Assembly: GCF_006345805.1 (NCBI RefSeq)
Contig: NW_021823830.1
Coordinates: 1-21,209, forward strand
DNA length: 21,209 nucleotides
Direction of reading: 5' to 3'
Source: Octopus sinensis
Taxonomy: Eukaryota
Part shown: positions 1 through 10,373 of the stretch, in pieces
Layout of the letters: each line of letters begins with the position of its first letter
Numbering within the stretch: the stretch's first letter is position 1
The notes under the pieces: model-generated
Seen by the model: the letters and a program-made list of their open reading frames with translations, nothing else
Told to the model about the DNA's origin: nothing
Databases searched by the model: none
Translations under genes and position numbers: made by a program

Positions 1-24
1 CTTGCTACAACCCCCCACTCGCAC

Positions 25-465
25 TCACCTACCCACCTTCCCATTACTCAACATCATCATCATCGTCATTGTAAGCATCATCATCATCATCATCTCGTCA
101 TTGTCAATTGATATTGTTTCTATTATTTTTCTTTTGTGTAAATAAATACAGACGTGTATGTGGTATGTACTTATATATGTGTGTGTGTTTGTGTGTATGT
201 GTGATGTGTGTATGTGAGTATATACACCACACACTCACACACACACAATATCTACATTGTATATTATATTAATATATATATATATCTATATATATATATT
301 ATATATATATATATAATATATATTATATATATATGTGGATGTGTGTGATATATATATATATAATTATATAATATATATATTATATATATATATATACTAT
401 ATATATATATAATATATGCATATATATGTATATGTGTGTTTGCGCGTGCGTACAGACACACACAG
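25..465. repeat. Compound microsatellite: (CAT)n, (TG)n/(CA)n, degenerate (TA)n
   Basis: Read directly from the sequence. It explains the poly-M, HT and IY ORFs. Confidence 0.95.
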
Positions 466-913
466 AGGAAGTGGGAGACATAAGTCTGTAGGAAAAGAGA
501 AAGAGAAGAAAGAAGAGAGGAAATTTTTTTTTAAATATTGAATACTTTTAAGACGGGAAATAAAGCAAAAATATAAATATATATATTTTAATCATTGTAA
601 GAACTTTCTGGAAATCCTTATTGTAATGTTTTAATGAAAAAAAAGTTGCTTTTTTTTTTCTCTCCTCTTTTTGTCATTAAAGAAATATTATTTTTGGTGT
701 TTATTGTGATGTGGACAGCGTGTTTTGATGTTAAAACATCGTCAGGAGAATCTTCGTAGACCAGCTTTGGTTAACATTGCCACATGGTGTATATTTGTCC
801 CGTCATCTTATAGAAGTGTTTGATTGTTGCAATTGTTATTTTGCTGCGGTTGTTTAAGAAAAAAACTGTGGTTAACAAGTACACGATTCGCAAACCTGTG
901 GTTCCGAGGTCTA

Positions 914-947
<34 letters not shown>

Positions 948-1197
948 ATAATGAATCTTGTAGTACGTAGTCCTTTGTGTGCAGAAGCCAGTGGTGTATA
1001 TATTTGTGTCTAATTGTGTGTGTGTGAGTGTGTTTGTCTATATGTACATATGATTATGTATGTATTATGTATGTGTCTATATACACTCATAAGAGAATTG
1101 AAGATGGTTGCTAACAAAGCAACAAGATTTCTTGAGTTAAGTGGGTTCCCAATGTTTGTAAATATGTGGTTGAGTAGATATGTTTTGTATGTATCTA

Positions 1198-1607
1198 ATT
1201 TACTCTTCAACTTGTTTCAGTCATTTGACTGTGGCCATGCTGGAGCACCGCCTTTAAACGACGAAATCGATCCCAGGAATTATTCTTTGTAAACCTAGTA
1301 CTTATTCTATCGGTCTCTTTTGCCAAACCGCTAAGTTACGCGGACGTAAACACATCAGCATTGGTTGTCAAGCGATGTTGGGGGGGGGACAAAAAACAGA
1401 CACACAAATATATACACACACATACATAAATATATACATATATACGACGGGCTTCTTTCAGTTTCCTTCTACCAAATCCACTCACAAGGCTTTGGTCGGC
1501 ACGAGGCTACAGTAGAAGACACTTGCCCAAGGTGCCACGCAATGGGACTGAACCGGAACCATATGGTCCGTTAGCAAGCTACTTATCACACGGCCACTCC
1601 TGCGCCT
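1198..1607 (-). mobile_element. tRNA-derived SINE family A, near full length
   Basis: Reverse complement starts AGGCGCAGGAGTGGCCGTGTGATAAG...GGTTCCGGTTCAGTCCC (A/B-box-like head). It continues with the central domain CTTGGGCAAGTGTCTTCTACT...GTGAGTGGATTTGGTAG, a (TG/TA) tract and the tail CCAGCATGGCCACAGTCAAATGACTGAAACAAG. It matches other copies in the window. Confidence 0.9.
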
Positions 1608-1611
1608 ATAA

Positions 1612-1615
1612 GTAT

Positions 1616-1657
<42 letters not shown>

Positions 1658-1762
1658 ATTATATATATATATATATGTATGTATGTATGTATGGTATGTA
1701 TGTATGTATTGTATGTTGTATGTGTGTATATGTATGTATGTATGTATGTATGTATTATGTAT
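1612..1762. repeat. (TA)n/(TATG)n microsatellite
   Basis: Read directly. Confidence 0.95.
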
Positions 1763-1980
1763 CGATGTCGTTTTGGCAAGGTCATTTTGGCATTACTGAT
1801 TCGACGTTGACCTTTTTAATCTCAAACGTTTTGATGTTTCTGTAGTTCTTCACCCCCTCCTCTCTCTCTCTCCTTCTCACACACACACACACACACTTTT
1901 TATCTCCATATATTTTTGCGCAGGTACTCCACTGCCAAAAAATAGTCACCAAAACTGTTTCAATGTCCTCTCAAATTTTT

Positions 1981-2150
1981 GCACAAGGCCGGCATCGACC
2001 CCAGTGTTCAACTGGTACTTATTATTTTCCATCCTGAAAGGATGAAAGGCAAAGTCAACCTCAGCGGATTTGAACTCAGAATGTAGTGACGGACGAAAAG
2101 CTACTAAACATTTTCCCGGTGTGTTAACGATACTGCCATGTAGCCGCCTT
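1981..2150 (-). mobile_element. tRNA-derived SINE family B, diverged copy
   Basis: Reverse complement has CTGAGTTCAAATCCGCTGAGGTTGACTTTGCCTTTCATCCTTTCAGGATGG...AGTACCAGTTGAACACTGGGGTCGATG, homologous to the copies at 10374, 18622 and 20060. Confidence 0.88.
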
Positions 2151-2152
2151 AA

Positions 2153-2426
<274 letters not shown>

Positions 2427-2528
2427 GTCCGGCGTATAAACGATTCTGCCTTTGAATCCAGTAATATAATAAAATCCATTCGGATTTAACTGAATTCTAT
2501 TCGTATTGTTATACGACAAAATCTTTTC

Positions 2529-2722
2529 TCTGGAAGACCGAATTGAAACATGATTTACATGATATCCTAGAGAGGAACTGCAGAAGAGTGAAATGTCTAA
2601 ATACCATCGAACTATGGCAGCGAAAGTTACAGCAGAGCTAAACTACTTGTGTCAATTGAAACCGTTTCGCATGAGCTCCATAAAGCATGAATACCATGGG
2701 AAGGTCGCAAATGCTAAACGCC
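2529..2722 (+). pseudogene. Tc1-family transposase fragment (DNA-binding HTH region), frameshifted
   Basis: From 2596 the translation is SKYHRTMAAKVTAELN. After a frameshift it reads VSIETVSHELHKA*, then YHGKVANAK. This closely resembles the Tc1-like motif SKNHRTTAAKVTAELN...VSTKTVRRELHK..IHGRAAIAKP (recalled, not aligned). Confidence 0.8.
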
Positions 2723-3139
2723 AAAATATTCGAACTGCCATATTTTGAACTCTGATTTAAAAAACAAAAATTCGAAAAAGAGCAGAACTATTAGGATTTA
2801 TAAGGGATGGAGTTACAAATTAAACTTTTCTTTTTCATAATCGTATGAATTCCCTTATATAGAGCACAAAATTCGCAAAATTTTTCTTAAAATTCCAAAA
2901 GATAAAAATAGTTCCGAAGAGTCATATAGTGTGCTTAAGCCAGAATTTCACCATATCGCTGCCTCACAGAACTAAATGCTTGTATTTCTGTGCGCATGCG
3001 CGTGTGTTTCGAGACTTCTTTCAGAATAGTGGGGAGAGGTCAGAACCACACAATTAACGCCTTGTGAGTTTTATTCCTGTGATTAGTAAGGTATTTAAAT
3101 CTTTTATTGATATGGCTTTGGTCAGGCACCTTGACTTTT

Positions 3140-3540
3140 CCTAAGTTTCAATTTGATTTTCAGGCATCTAGATCAACCACTGACGTTCTCTCTGCCATAC
3201 CTCAACGTTTCTATCGTTCAATTAACAGTTCTGATGAAGCTAGGGCCATCGCTCTTCATATTGCAAAGGCTATTGACAGAGAAGTGACACTTTGGGCTGA
3301 TCCATAAGCTCAGAGGCTAAGATCTATCTGAGCCTTTCCATAACATTATCCAATCATTTTCTTTCAAATCAAAGAATCAAGGTGACCTCTGATGGCCGGC
3401 AGAAAAGGTCATATGTTATCATTGCTGAAGTATTTCAAGGTTATGTACTTGGTCCTCACTTCTCCGTGTTATTACTGACCTATTAGATCATATTATTTTT
3501 TACTTCGCCATCTATACCAATAACACTACTGTTTAATCCT
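3140..3540 (+). pseudogene. Non-LTR retrotransposon (CR1-group-like) reverse transcriptase, 5' part, decayed
   Basis: Translates to QFDFQASRSTTDVL...ARAIALHIAKAIDR, then HKLRG...SNQRIKVTSDG...EVFQGYVLGP...AIYTNNTT. These correspond to the RT motifs QYGFR..RST, ALDISKAFDRV, GVPQGSVLGP and YADD. Confidence 0.85.
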
Positions 3541-3623
3541 GTCATAACAAAACCAGCAGCCCCGAGCAGTGACGTAGTGGCTTAATGCAGGCAAAACAAA
3601 GCTTTTGTCAAATTATCGATGTA

Positions 3624-4012
3624 GGGACAGACGTGGCTGTTTGTTGGGAAGCTTACTTCCCAACCACATGGTTCTCAGTTCAATCCTATTGCATAGCACT
3701 TTGGGCAAGTGTCTTCTACTATAGCTTTGGGCAGAGTGGATTTGGTAGATGGAAACTGACAGAAGCCCATCTTATGTGTGTGTGTGTGTGCGCGCGTGTT
3801 TGTATCTTTGTGTCTGTCGTTGTCCCCCACACCGCTTTACAACCGGTATTGGCTTGTTTACGTCCCCGTAACTTAGTGGATTGGCAAAAGAGATCGATAG
3901 AATAAATACCAGGCTTAAAAAATATAAAGACTGGGGACAATTCGTTTGACTAATATTCTTCAGTATGGCCGCAGTCTCATAGTCATGTAAAAGTCAAGTA
4001 AAAGTTAAAAGA
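3624..4012 (+). mobile_element. SINE family A copy lying within the LINE
   Basis: Contains CTTTGGGCAAGTGTCTTCTACTATAGC...GTGGATTTGGTAGATGGAAACTGACAGAAGCCC, a (TG)n tract and the tail CAGTATGGCCGCAGTC...GTAAAAG. Confidence 0.88.
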
Positions 4013-4059
4013 TAGGCAGCCGTTCCTTCCCTCCATTGCTATGACTGGAGTTGTTCTTC

Positions 4060-4665
4060 GAGAAAGCCACAGAGTTCGGCTTCTTGGTTTGGCTTTGACC
4101 AAGATCTCTCTTGGAACAAATGCGTTCAGTTCACTGGCATATCGCTTGCCAAGAATATTGGATCTCTCTTCCGTGCTTGCAAATTTCTTACGCCTGAGAA
4201 CATTTTGTATCTCTACAAAGCCACCATTCTACCTTACGTCGAATATTGCTGTCATCTTTGGGCTGGTGTCTCCTCTGAATGTCTTAACTGGCCTAATCGA
4301 TATCTGAACCGAGTTGTTAACATGATGGGTGGTCTTTTTTCTACAAGGGTGGAAGTTGTCTCATTACCGAAATACATCTTCGTTGTGTCTTTTCTCTGAC
4401 AACTCCCATGGTCATTGCCCTATACCGTCTGTCAAAACCTTTAAACGTGTCATCCGCTTCTCTTTTCAGTTGAGCTTCCTGTTAGTTATAAGTCTTATTA
4501 TTCTTATAACCTCTTTCCTCAAACTGCTGTTCTCTGGAACTTGCTACCTCTTGTCTATAATATTCAATCGAAATCTTTAGAATTTGTTGCCCCCCCCCAT
4601 CTTTCGCTTCTTTGTATTCCATTATGCTACGGTGGCCTCTAACCTTGCTAAGGGCAAAATCGTAT
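4060..4665 (+). pseudogene. Same LINE: C-terminal ORF2 region and putative 3' UTR
   Basis: Translates to RLLGL..DLSWNK...IGSLFRACKFLTPENILYLYKATILPYVEYCCHLWAG...RNTSSLCLF...FPQTAVLWNLLP. These are typical post-RT motifs of CR1-group LINEs. Confidence 0.85.
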
Positions 4666-5051
4666 AAGACCAATGGTGTAAGAATGTATACCCGATTGAC
4701 TTAGACATATGCTTTCAAATCATGAGAAAGAGTAGTAAGATGACGAGGAGGAGGAGGAGGAGGGGGATAAAATAATGGAGGAAGAGGAGGAGGGAAATGC
4801 ACTTGCTTCACTTAAGCGGAAATTCCCAAATACGAGGCGGCTGGTGTTGGCCGTCGTCAGCAACAGTTAGTCAATAGGATAATTAGTGTTAGCATATTTG
4901 AATATATTGAACATTAAATGCTTAATATCTAATTATAAATGCTTTTGTTGTGAAGGATATCGCTATTAGCTTCATTGGACGTGTTGTAATAGCGATGAGA
5001 GAATCATTAAGCGCATTTTAATATTGTAAATATATAGAAGTGAACAATTAA

Positions 5052-5290
5052 CATAGAGTTTGCCAGAGAGAGTTTGATAGAGTTTCATAGCTAGAATTTT
5101 GTAAGAAAGTTTGATAGAAGTGTTTGGTAGCAATGTTTGTTGGAAAAGCTTGATAGATGAGTTTAATAGAGATTTCGATATAAAAGTTTGAAAGGACAGT
5201 TTGATACGAGAGTTGAGAGTCCGATAGAGGAGTTTGACGGGAAATTTTCAGAGGTGAGTTTAATGAGAGTTCGATTGAGTTTGGTAAGTG
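5052..5290 (+). repeat. Degenerate purine-rich minisatellite, core about AGAGTTTGATAG, period about 13-16 bp
   Basis: Recurring GAGTTTG/AAGTTTGA/GAGTTTA motifs. Confidence 0.65.
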
Positions 5291-6033
5291 AAGATTGTGA
5301 GAATCGGCAAAAACAATAGTATCACTTCATTTTCTCTCATTCCTTTACTCTCAGACAAATGGCCAAATCCCAAAACGTCACCACACTTCTCAGGATAGTT
5401 GAAATCAACAAATTCTTCGACTGATCTCTCCGCTGTTTATTGTATATCACATTACTTTAGAGATGCATTGTACGTGAAAGAAAATGTATTTCTGTCCATA
5501 TTAGAGTTGAGAGACAAACGCATGCACGCACGTACATACACATATTTTAAAGGAAAATGCATAACACCGTGCCATATTGAATTAAATATGTATGAAAATC
5601 CGACCTCTCTTCCTCCACTGATGATTATGTAAGTAACATATGAAACATAAAGAGCCAAACACTACAGTCTCATAGGGGTATATATTTTCATATCTATACT
5701 TAGAGATCATGTAGTTCCCAATGAATATAGCTGTACAACTGTAGCTCTGTGTATATTGAGCACTACTCTGACATTAAGATCCTTACATAAAAAATATAAA
5801 CCAGTGTGTAAGTGATGATTCATATATATGCATATATGTAACAAATGTGTGTGTAATATATTTACACGCACACACACACAATAAGTGTATGTGTATGTAT
5901 GTATATATGTAGATATATATTATTGTATGTCTGTATACATATTTACAGATACATACACCACACCACCATAAAATCCAGCATAAACACACATTGCACGCAC
6001 ATACATTCACACACACAAACTCAGAAATACAAA

Positions 6034-6070
<37 letters not shown>

Positions 6071-6072
<2 letters not shown>

Positions 6073-6163
6073 TGCTTCCATCTTTCCTGAGCGCCTATTA
6101 ATAATAATACTGTAATTGTTCCACGTGTTGTTGTTTTTTCTGTTTTCCCGTTTGGATTAAAAT
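6071..6163 (+). mobile_element. Fragment of the repeat also found at 9070-9205 (putative Penelope-like pLTR 3' part)
   Basis: TTCCTGAGCGCC...AATACT...CACGTGTTGTTGTTTTTTC resembles CCCTGAGCGTC...AATACT...CACGTTGTTGTTTTTTC at 9125-9180. Confidence 0.55.
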
Positions 6164-6197
<34 letters not shown>

Positions 6198-6231
6198 ATA
6201 TGCATATTTATATATGTATAATATATATATA

Positions 6232-6288
<57 letters not shown>

Positions 6289-6294
6289 ATATAC

Positions 6295-6380
<86 letters not shown>

Positions 6381-6386
6381 TATTAT

Positions 6387-6445
<59 letters not shown>
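6164..6445. repeat. Long interrupted (TA)n microsatellite
   Basis: Read directly. Confidence 0.97.
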
Positions 6446-6452
<7 letters not shown>

Positions 6453-6506
6453 GTGAATTGAAGAAATGGAGCTGAACGCAGATTGAACAGAAATCGTTTT
6501 ATTTCA

Positions 6507-6586
6507 TTCTACACGTGTTTCGAAAGGCACAGATTACCAAAATCCGATTGAATAATGGGACCATATTGTGTCTTTCTCTTCAGGAA
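6507..6586 (-). ncRNA. Mirror copy of the hammerhead motif on the minus strand
   Basis: Exact reverse complement of 6759-6838 within the palindrome. Confidence 0.75.
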
Positions 6587-6758
6587 GAAAAAAGGAAATC
6601 CGTTGGAAAAACAAAAACAGAACAGAGGCGGAGCAAGAACAAATCGAACTATGCTCCTAAGAGCCCATGGTTCGCCATGGGCTCTTAGGAGCATAGTTCG
6701 ATTTGTTCTTGCTCCGCCTCTGTTCTGTTTTTGTTTTTCCAACGGATTTCCTTTTTTC

Positions 6759-6838
6759 TTCCTGAAGAGAAAGACACAATATGGTCCCATTATTCAATCG
6801 GATTTTGGTAATCTGTGCCTTTCGAAACACGTGTAGAA
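6759..6838 (+). ncRNA. Minimal type I hammerhead ribozyme motif (Penelope-like pLTR type)
   Basis: Stem I is TTC(6759-61)/GAA(6836-38). The core CTGAAGA is at 6762-68. Stem II is GAAAG(6769-73)/CTTTC(6819-23), extended by CACA/TGTG after one mismatch. GAAA is at 6824-27 and the self-complementary stem III ACACGTGT at 6827-34. The GUA cleavage triplet ends at A6835. AATAAA follows at 6842-47. Confidence 0.75.
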
Positions 6839-7052
6839 TGAAATAAAACGATTTCTGTTCAATCTGCGTTCAGCTCCATTTCTTCAATTCACCAATAATG
6901 TCTTAATTTCAATTATCCGCACCAACGCACGGTTGCAACGCCAGATGGTTGTACCTCCAACCGTGCTGTTTACTGCTGTGATTTTTGCTACTAAGGTATC
7001 GGTTAAACTTTTGATTAATCTACTACAAGATTATTCATCTTTCTATTTCACA

Positions 7053-7115
<63 letters not shown>

Positions 7116-7181
7116 AGGTCCCGGGTTGAGTCGGGGTTAACCACAGTAAATAAGGTACTCAATACATAGCAGAGTAAATTA

Positions 7182-7275
7182 ATTTATTTTATAGAAGGAG
7201 CTTCTACAGGACTAGAACTGTTTCTTTTGAATGAAACAGTTCTAGTCATGTAGAAGCTCCTTCTATAAAATAAAT
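7182..7275. repeat. Fold-back hairpin: 43-bp arms (7182-7224 and 7233-7275), 1 mismatch, 8-nt spacer
   Basis: ATTTATTTTATAGAAGGAGCTTCTACAGGACTAGAACTGTTTC and its inverse. The only mismatch is G7209/A7248. Confidence 0.95.
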
Positions 7276-7465
7276 ATATATATATATATATTATACACAC
7301 ACACGCACATGAATACATGCGTCTGTGGCTTGTATTGTCGGTGTGTGAAATTAAAACTTTAAGCAGCTGAAAAATATTAATGTTCCAAGATTTAGCTATG
7401 ACCACCTGGTTAATTCTTTAACTAAACTTGACTTAAGAATAATCATAAAGAGGAATTGTAATATT

Positions 7466-7572
7466 CATACATACATACATACATACATACATACATACAT
7501 GCAAGTATGTATGTATGTATGTATGTATGTATGTATGTATGTATGTATGTATGTATGTATGTATGTATATGT
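7466..7572. repeat. Inverted microsatellite (CATA)n-GCAAG-(TATG)n
   Basis: Read directly. Confidence 0.9.
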
Positions 7573-7699
7573 ATCTGTTTTTCTAGTAATCAGCAAATTC
7601 TTCAGAACATAATTATATTATGTTTACTCTATTGTAAATGAAATCTATTTTTCTATAGATTAGTTTTCTATGGTTATCTTACGATCCGTTGTCTAATCT

Positions 7700-7818
7700 G
7701 TCTGTTTGTTTGTTTGCCTGCACACACACAAACACATATATATATATATATGTATGTATGTATATGTGTATATATATGTGTATATATATATATATGTATA
7801 TATATGTATATGTATATA

Positions 7819-7863
<45 letters not shown>

Positions 7864-8047
7864 GCGTGTGCGTGTATATATATATATATATATATATACA
7901 TGTGTGTGCATGTGTATAAAACTGTGTCTATGTACGTATATGTGTAAGTGTATACATCTCTCTCTGTGTCTTGTTACTTTTCTCCTTTTCATTATTTCTG
8001 TATCTGTCCTATTTATGTCTTCCTCTCTCTCTCTCTTTCTATACATG

Positions 8048-8122
<75 letters not shown>

Positions 8123-8172
8123 ATATATATATATGTATGTATGTATATATATATGTATATATATATATATAT

Positions 8173-8228
<56 letters not shown>

Positions 8229-8251
8229 ATGTATGTATATATATATATATA

Positions 8252-8286
<35 letters not shown>

Positions 8287-8330
8287 GCGCATACATTCTT
8301 ACACATAAACATACACGCGCGCACGCACAC
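7700..8330. repeat. Large compound (TA)n/(TG)n/(TATG)n/(CT)n microsatellite block
   Basis: Read directly. It explains the 100-200 aa IY-rich ORFs. Confidence 0.95.
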
Positions 8331-8504
8331 AGAAAGTACACTGTATCTCTCTATCTCTGCATCTTTCCATACATTTGTTTATATTTGCCCGTTTTCTTCA
8401 TTCATCAGTCATAATATTAATGCTACGACTCGTCTTACAATCATAATATTGATTTGTAACAGAAACATACAGGACGGCATATTTTGGGTGGTCTAGAAGA
8501 TAAA

Positions 8505-8630
8505 ATCGATTAAATATATCTCACTATATAACAGGTATTTTACTTTATGAACCCTGGAAAATGTAAGGTAATTTGCGGGATTTGAACTCATAATGTAAAA
8601 TATTTCAATCAACGCCATCAATCCGCCGTT
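8505..8630 (-). mobile_element. Highly decayed SINE family B remnant
   Basis: CAGGTATTTTACTTTATGAACCCTGGAAAATG...GGATTTGAACTCATAATGTAA resembles the reverse complement of the family B core. Confidence 0.5.
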
Positions 8631-8710
8631 CTAAAAATTCAAACCAATGATTGATAGGAAGATATATCAGGAGTACTTTAACGTACTCTCAACCGCATTA
8701 TCTCTAGTAA

Positions 8711-8957
8711 TAGGGTTAGCATTTAGGGTTAAGTTTCAGTTTTGGGGTTAGGGTAATATTTGGGGTTAAGGTTAGGTTACGGTTTAGGGTTTAAGGCTTA
8801 TGGTTAGAGTTAGGGTTAGAGGAAGGTTTGTGGTTACGATTAAGGTCAGGTTAGTTTTGAGGTTAAGAATGGGGTTTATGATTAGGGTTTCGGGCTCATG
8901 GTTGCTATTATGAGTTAGGGTTACGGTAGGGTTAGGGTTATGCTTAGAGTTAGGTTT
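8711..8957 (+). repeat. Degenerate telomere-like (TTAGGG)n tract
   Basis: Several exact TTAGGG units sit among variants such as TTAAGG, TTACGG, TTAGAG and TTATGG, largely in 6-bp register. Confidence 0.8.
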
Positions 8958-9069
8958 AAACTGTGTACTAAAGTGTAAATAGCTAGGAAGAGCGCATGCT
9001 AAAATGGTATCTATTCTGTGGTAAGAAGTTTTGCTTTCACACCACATGGTTTTAAAATGTTCGACTATA

Positions 9070-9205
9070 TTCCTCCGTCTCCTGTTACTGACGAAGAGCT
9101 TTGCTCGAAACGTAGAACCACCTTCCCTGAGCGTCTGCTAATACTTTGCATGTACGTCGTCCTCACGTTGTTGTTTTTTCTTGTGTTTGTTCTTCGTTTT
9201 TGGGG
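9070..9205 (+). mobile_element. Penelope-like pLTR remnant with a degenerate minimal hammerhead motif
   Basis: CTGACGA(9088-94), then A, GAGC-TTT-GCTC, GAAA(9107-10) and CGTA. It has a palindromic ACGT stem III, and stem I has a mismatched first pair. Confidence 0.55.
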
Positions 9206-9324
9206 GCGGGATTTACTTTGTATATATATATATACTCATAAAATACAGTGTACACTTAAACACCTAAGGAATCTACACGTGGGATTCATCACGCTAGAAA
9301 GAACAGCTAGTTTCCATAACCAGA

Positions 9325-9396
9325 TATATATATATATAATATATATATATGTGTGTTGTGTGTGTGTGTGTGTGTGTGTGGGTGTGTGGTGTGTGT

Positions 9397-9434
<38 letters not shown>

Positions 9435-9494
9435 TGTATGTGTGTGTGTGTGATTGCATCCCTGTGTACGTACACACACACACACACACGCAAT

Positions 9495-9527
<33 letters not shown>

Positions 9528-9540
9528 TTTATATATATAC
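9325..9540. repeat. Symmetric microsatellite (TA)n(TG)n...(CA)n(TA)n
   Basis: Centre GTGTACGTACAC at 9464-9475. GATTGC and GCAATC are mirrored markers. Confidence 0.85.
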
Positions 9541-9959
9541 CAGAAACAAGTTCAAAAGTAACGGTCATTACACATTATTCCTTCATTGGAGCAAACTTGG
9601 CTTACAGCTGTTTCCAGTATCATTATAGGTACATTACTGATAGGTTTACTCAATTGGTCTATTGACCAATTGAGGAAAATTGAACGACCTAAGAAAATTA
9701 ATGCTACTTTTGTCAGAGCTATCATATGTAATGCTTATCATTTTTCTGTTGTTTCTTATATACCATTCTGTGTAAAAAACCAGGTTGTCTGAGCCCATCC
9801 CCAGATTTACAAAATAGAATTGTGATGAACCATAAACTCGAGCCATACCTAAAGATTACCAGGTGTTTTTGACTAATCTAAGTAACATTGTTAGCCTAGT
9901 GTGCCAATAGAGAGCTTATGAAGTATTTTGCCGGATTGATAATCACTCACTATTTGTTC

Positions 9960-10027
<68 letters not shown>

Positions 10028-10030
<3 letters not shown>

Positions 10031-10274
10031 CTCAGATGAAATACCTATTTCTTTACTACCCACAAGGGGCTAAACATAGAGGGGACAAACAAGGACAGAC
10101 ATAGGTATTAAGTCGATTACATCGACCCCAGTGCGTAACTGGTACTTAATTTATCGACCCCGAAAGGATGAAAGGTAAAGTCGACCTCGACGGAATTTGA
10201 ACTCATAACGTAACGGCAGCCGAAATACCGCTAAGCATTTCGCCCAATGTGCTAACTTTTCTGCCAGTTCACCT
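10028..10274 (-). mobile_element. SINE family B, long-tail subtype
   Basis: Reverse complement has the full head, the core and the tail ...CTTAATACCTATGTCTGTCCTTGTTTG...TTTAGCCCCTTGTGGGTAGTAAAGAAATAGGTATTTC. Confidence 0.92.
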
Positions 10275-10287
10275 CTCACTTGAAATG

Positions 10288-10334
<47 letters not shown>

Positions 10335-10373
10335 ATGTATCTATATATATATATATATGACATTTCAAGTGAG

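Larger units (their letters stand above)
6446..6899. repeat. Perfect palindrome: 225-bp arms (6446-6670 and 6675-6899) with a TTCG spacer
   Basis: Compared base by base with no mismatch. It also produces the mirrored 93-aa ORFs on both strands. Confidence 0.98.

Noticed and set aside
705-752. Minus-strand CTGACGA...AAAACACGCTGTC...AATAAA, hammerhead-like
   Set aside because: It has AAAA instead of GAAA, and stems I and II do not form in the required register. At best a decayed relic.
2799-2860. TATAAGGGA...TCCCTTATA inverted 9-mer
   Set aside because: Too short given the base composition.
4835-4860. Minus-strand CTGACGA followed by a CGGC/GCCG stem
   Set aside because: No GAAA or stem III follows.
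5367-5632. Possible exon (acceptor ...TTTACTCTCAG at about 5357, donor GTAAGT at about 5628)
   Set aside because: All three frames from the acceptor hit stops, and no protein similarity is recognisable.
6509-6836. Mirror 93-aa ORFs on both strands
   Set aside because: A by-product of the palindrome; the C-terminal half is the antisense of the N-terminal half and there is no recognisable protein.
7693-8496. ORFs of 100-200 aa rich in IY/VC/HT (also at 9018, 10990 and 17334)
   Set aside because: Translations of microsatellites, which lack stops in some frames.
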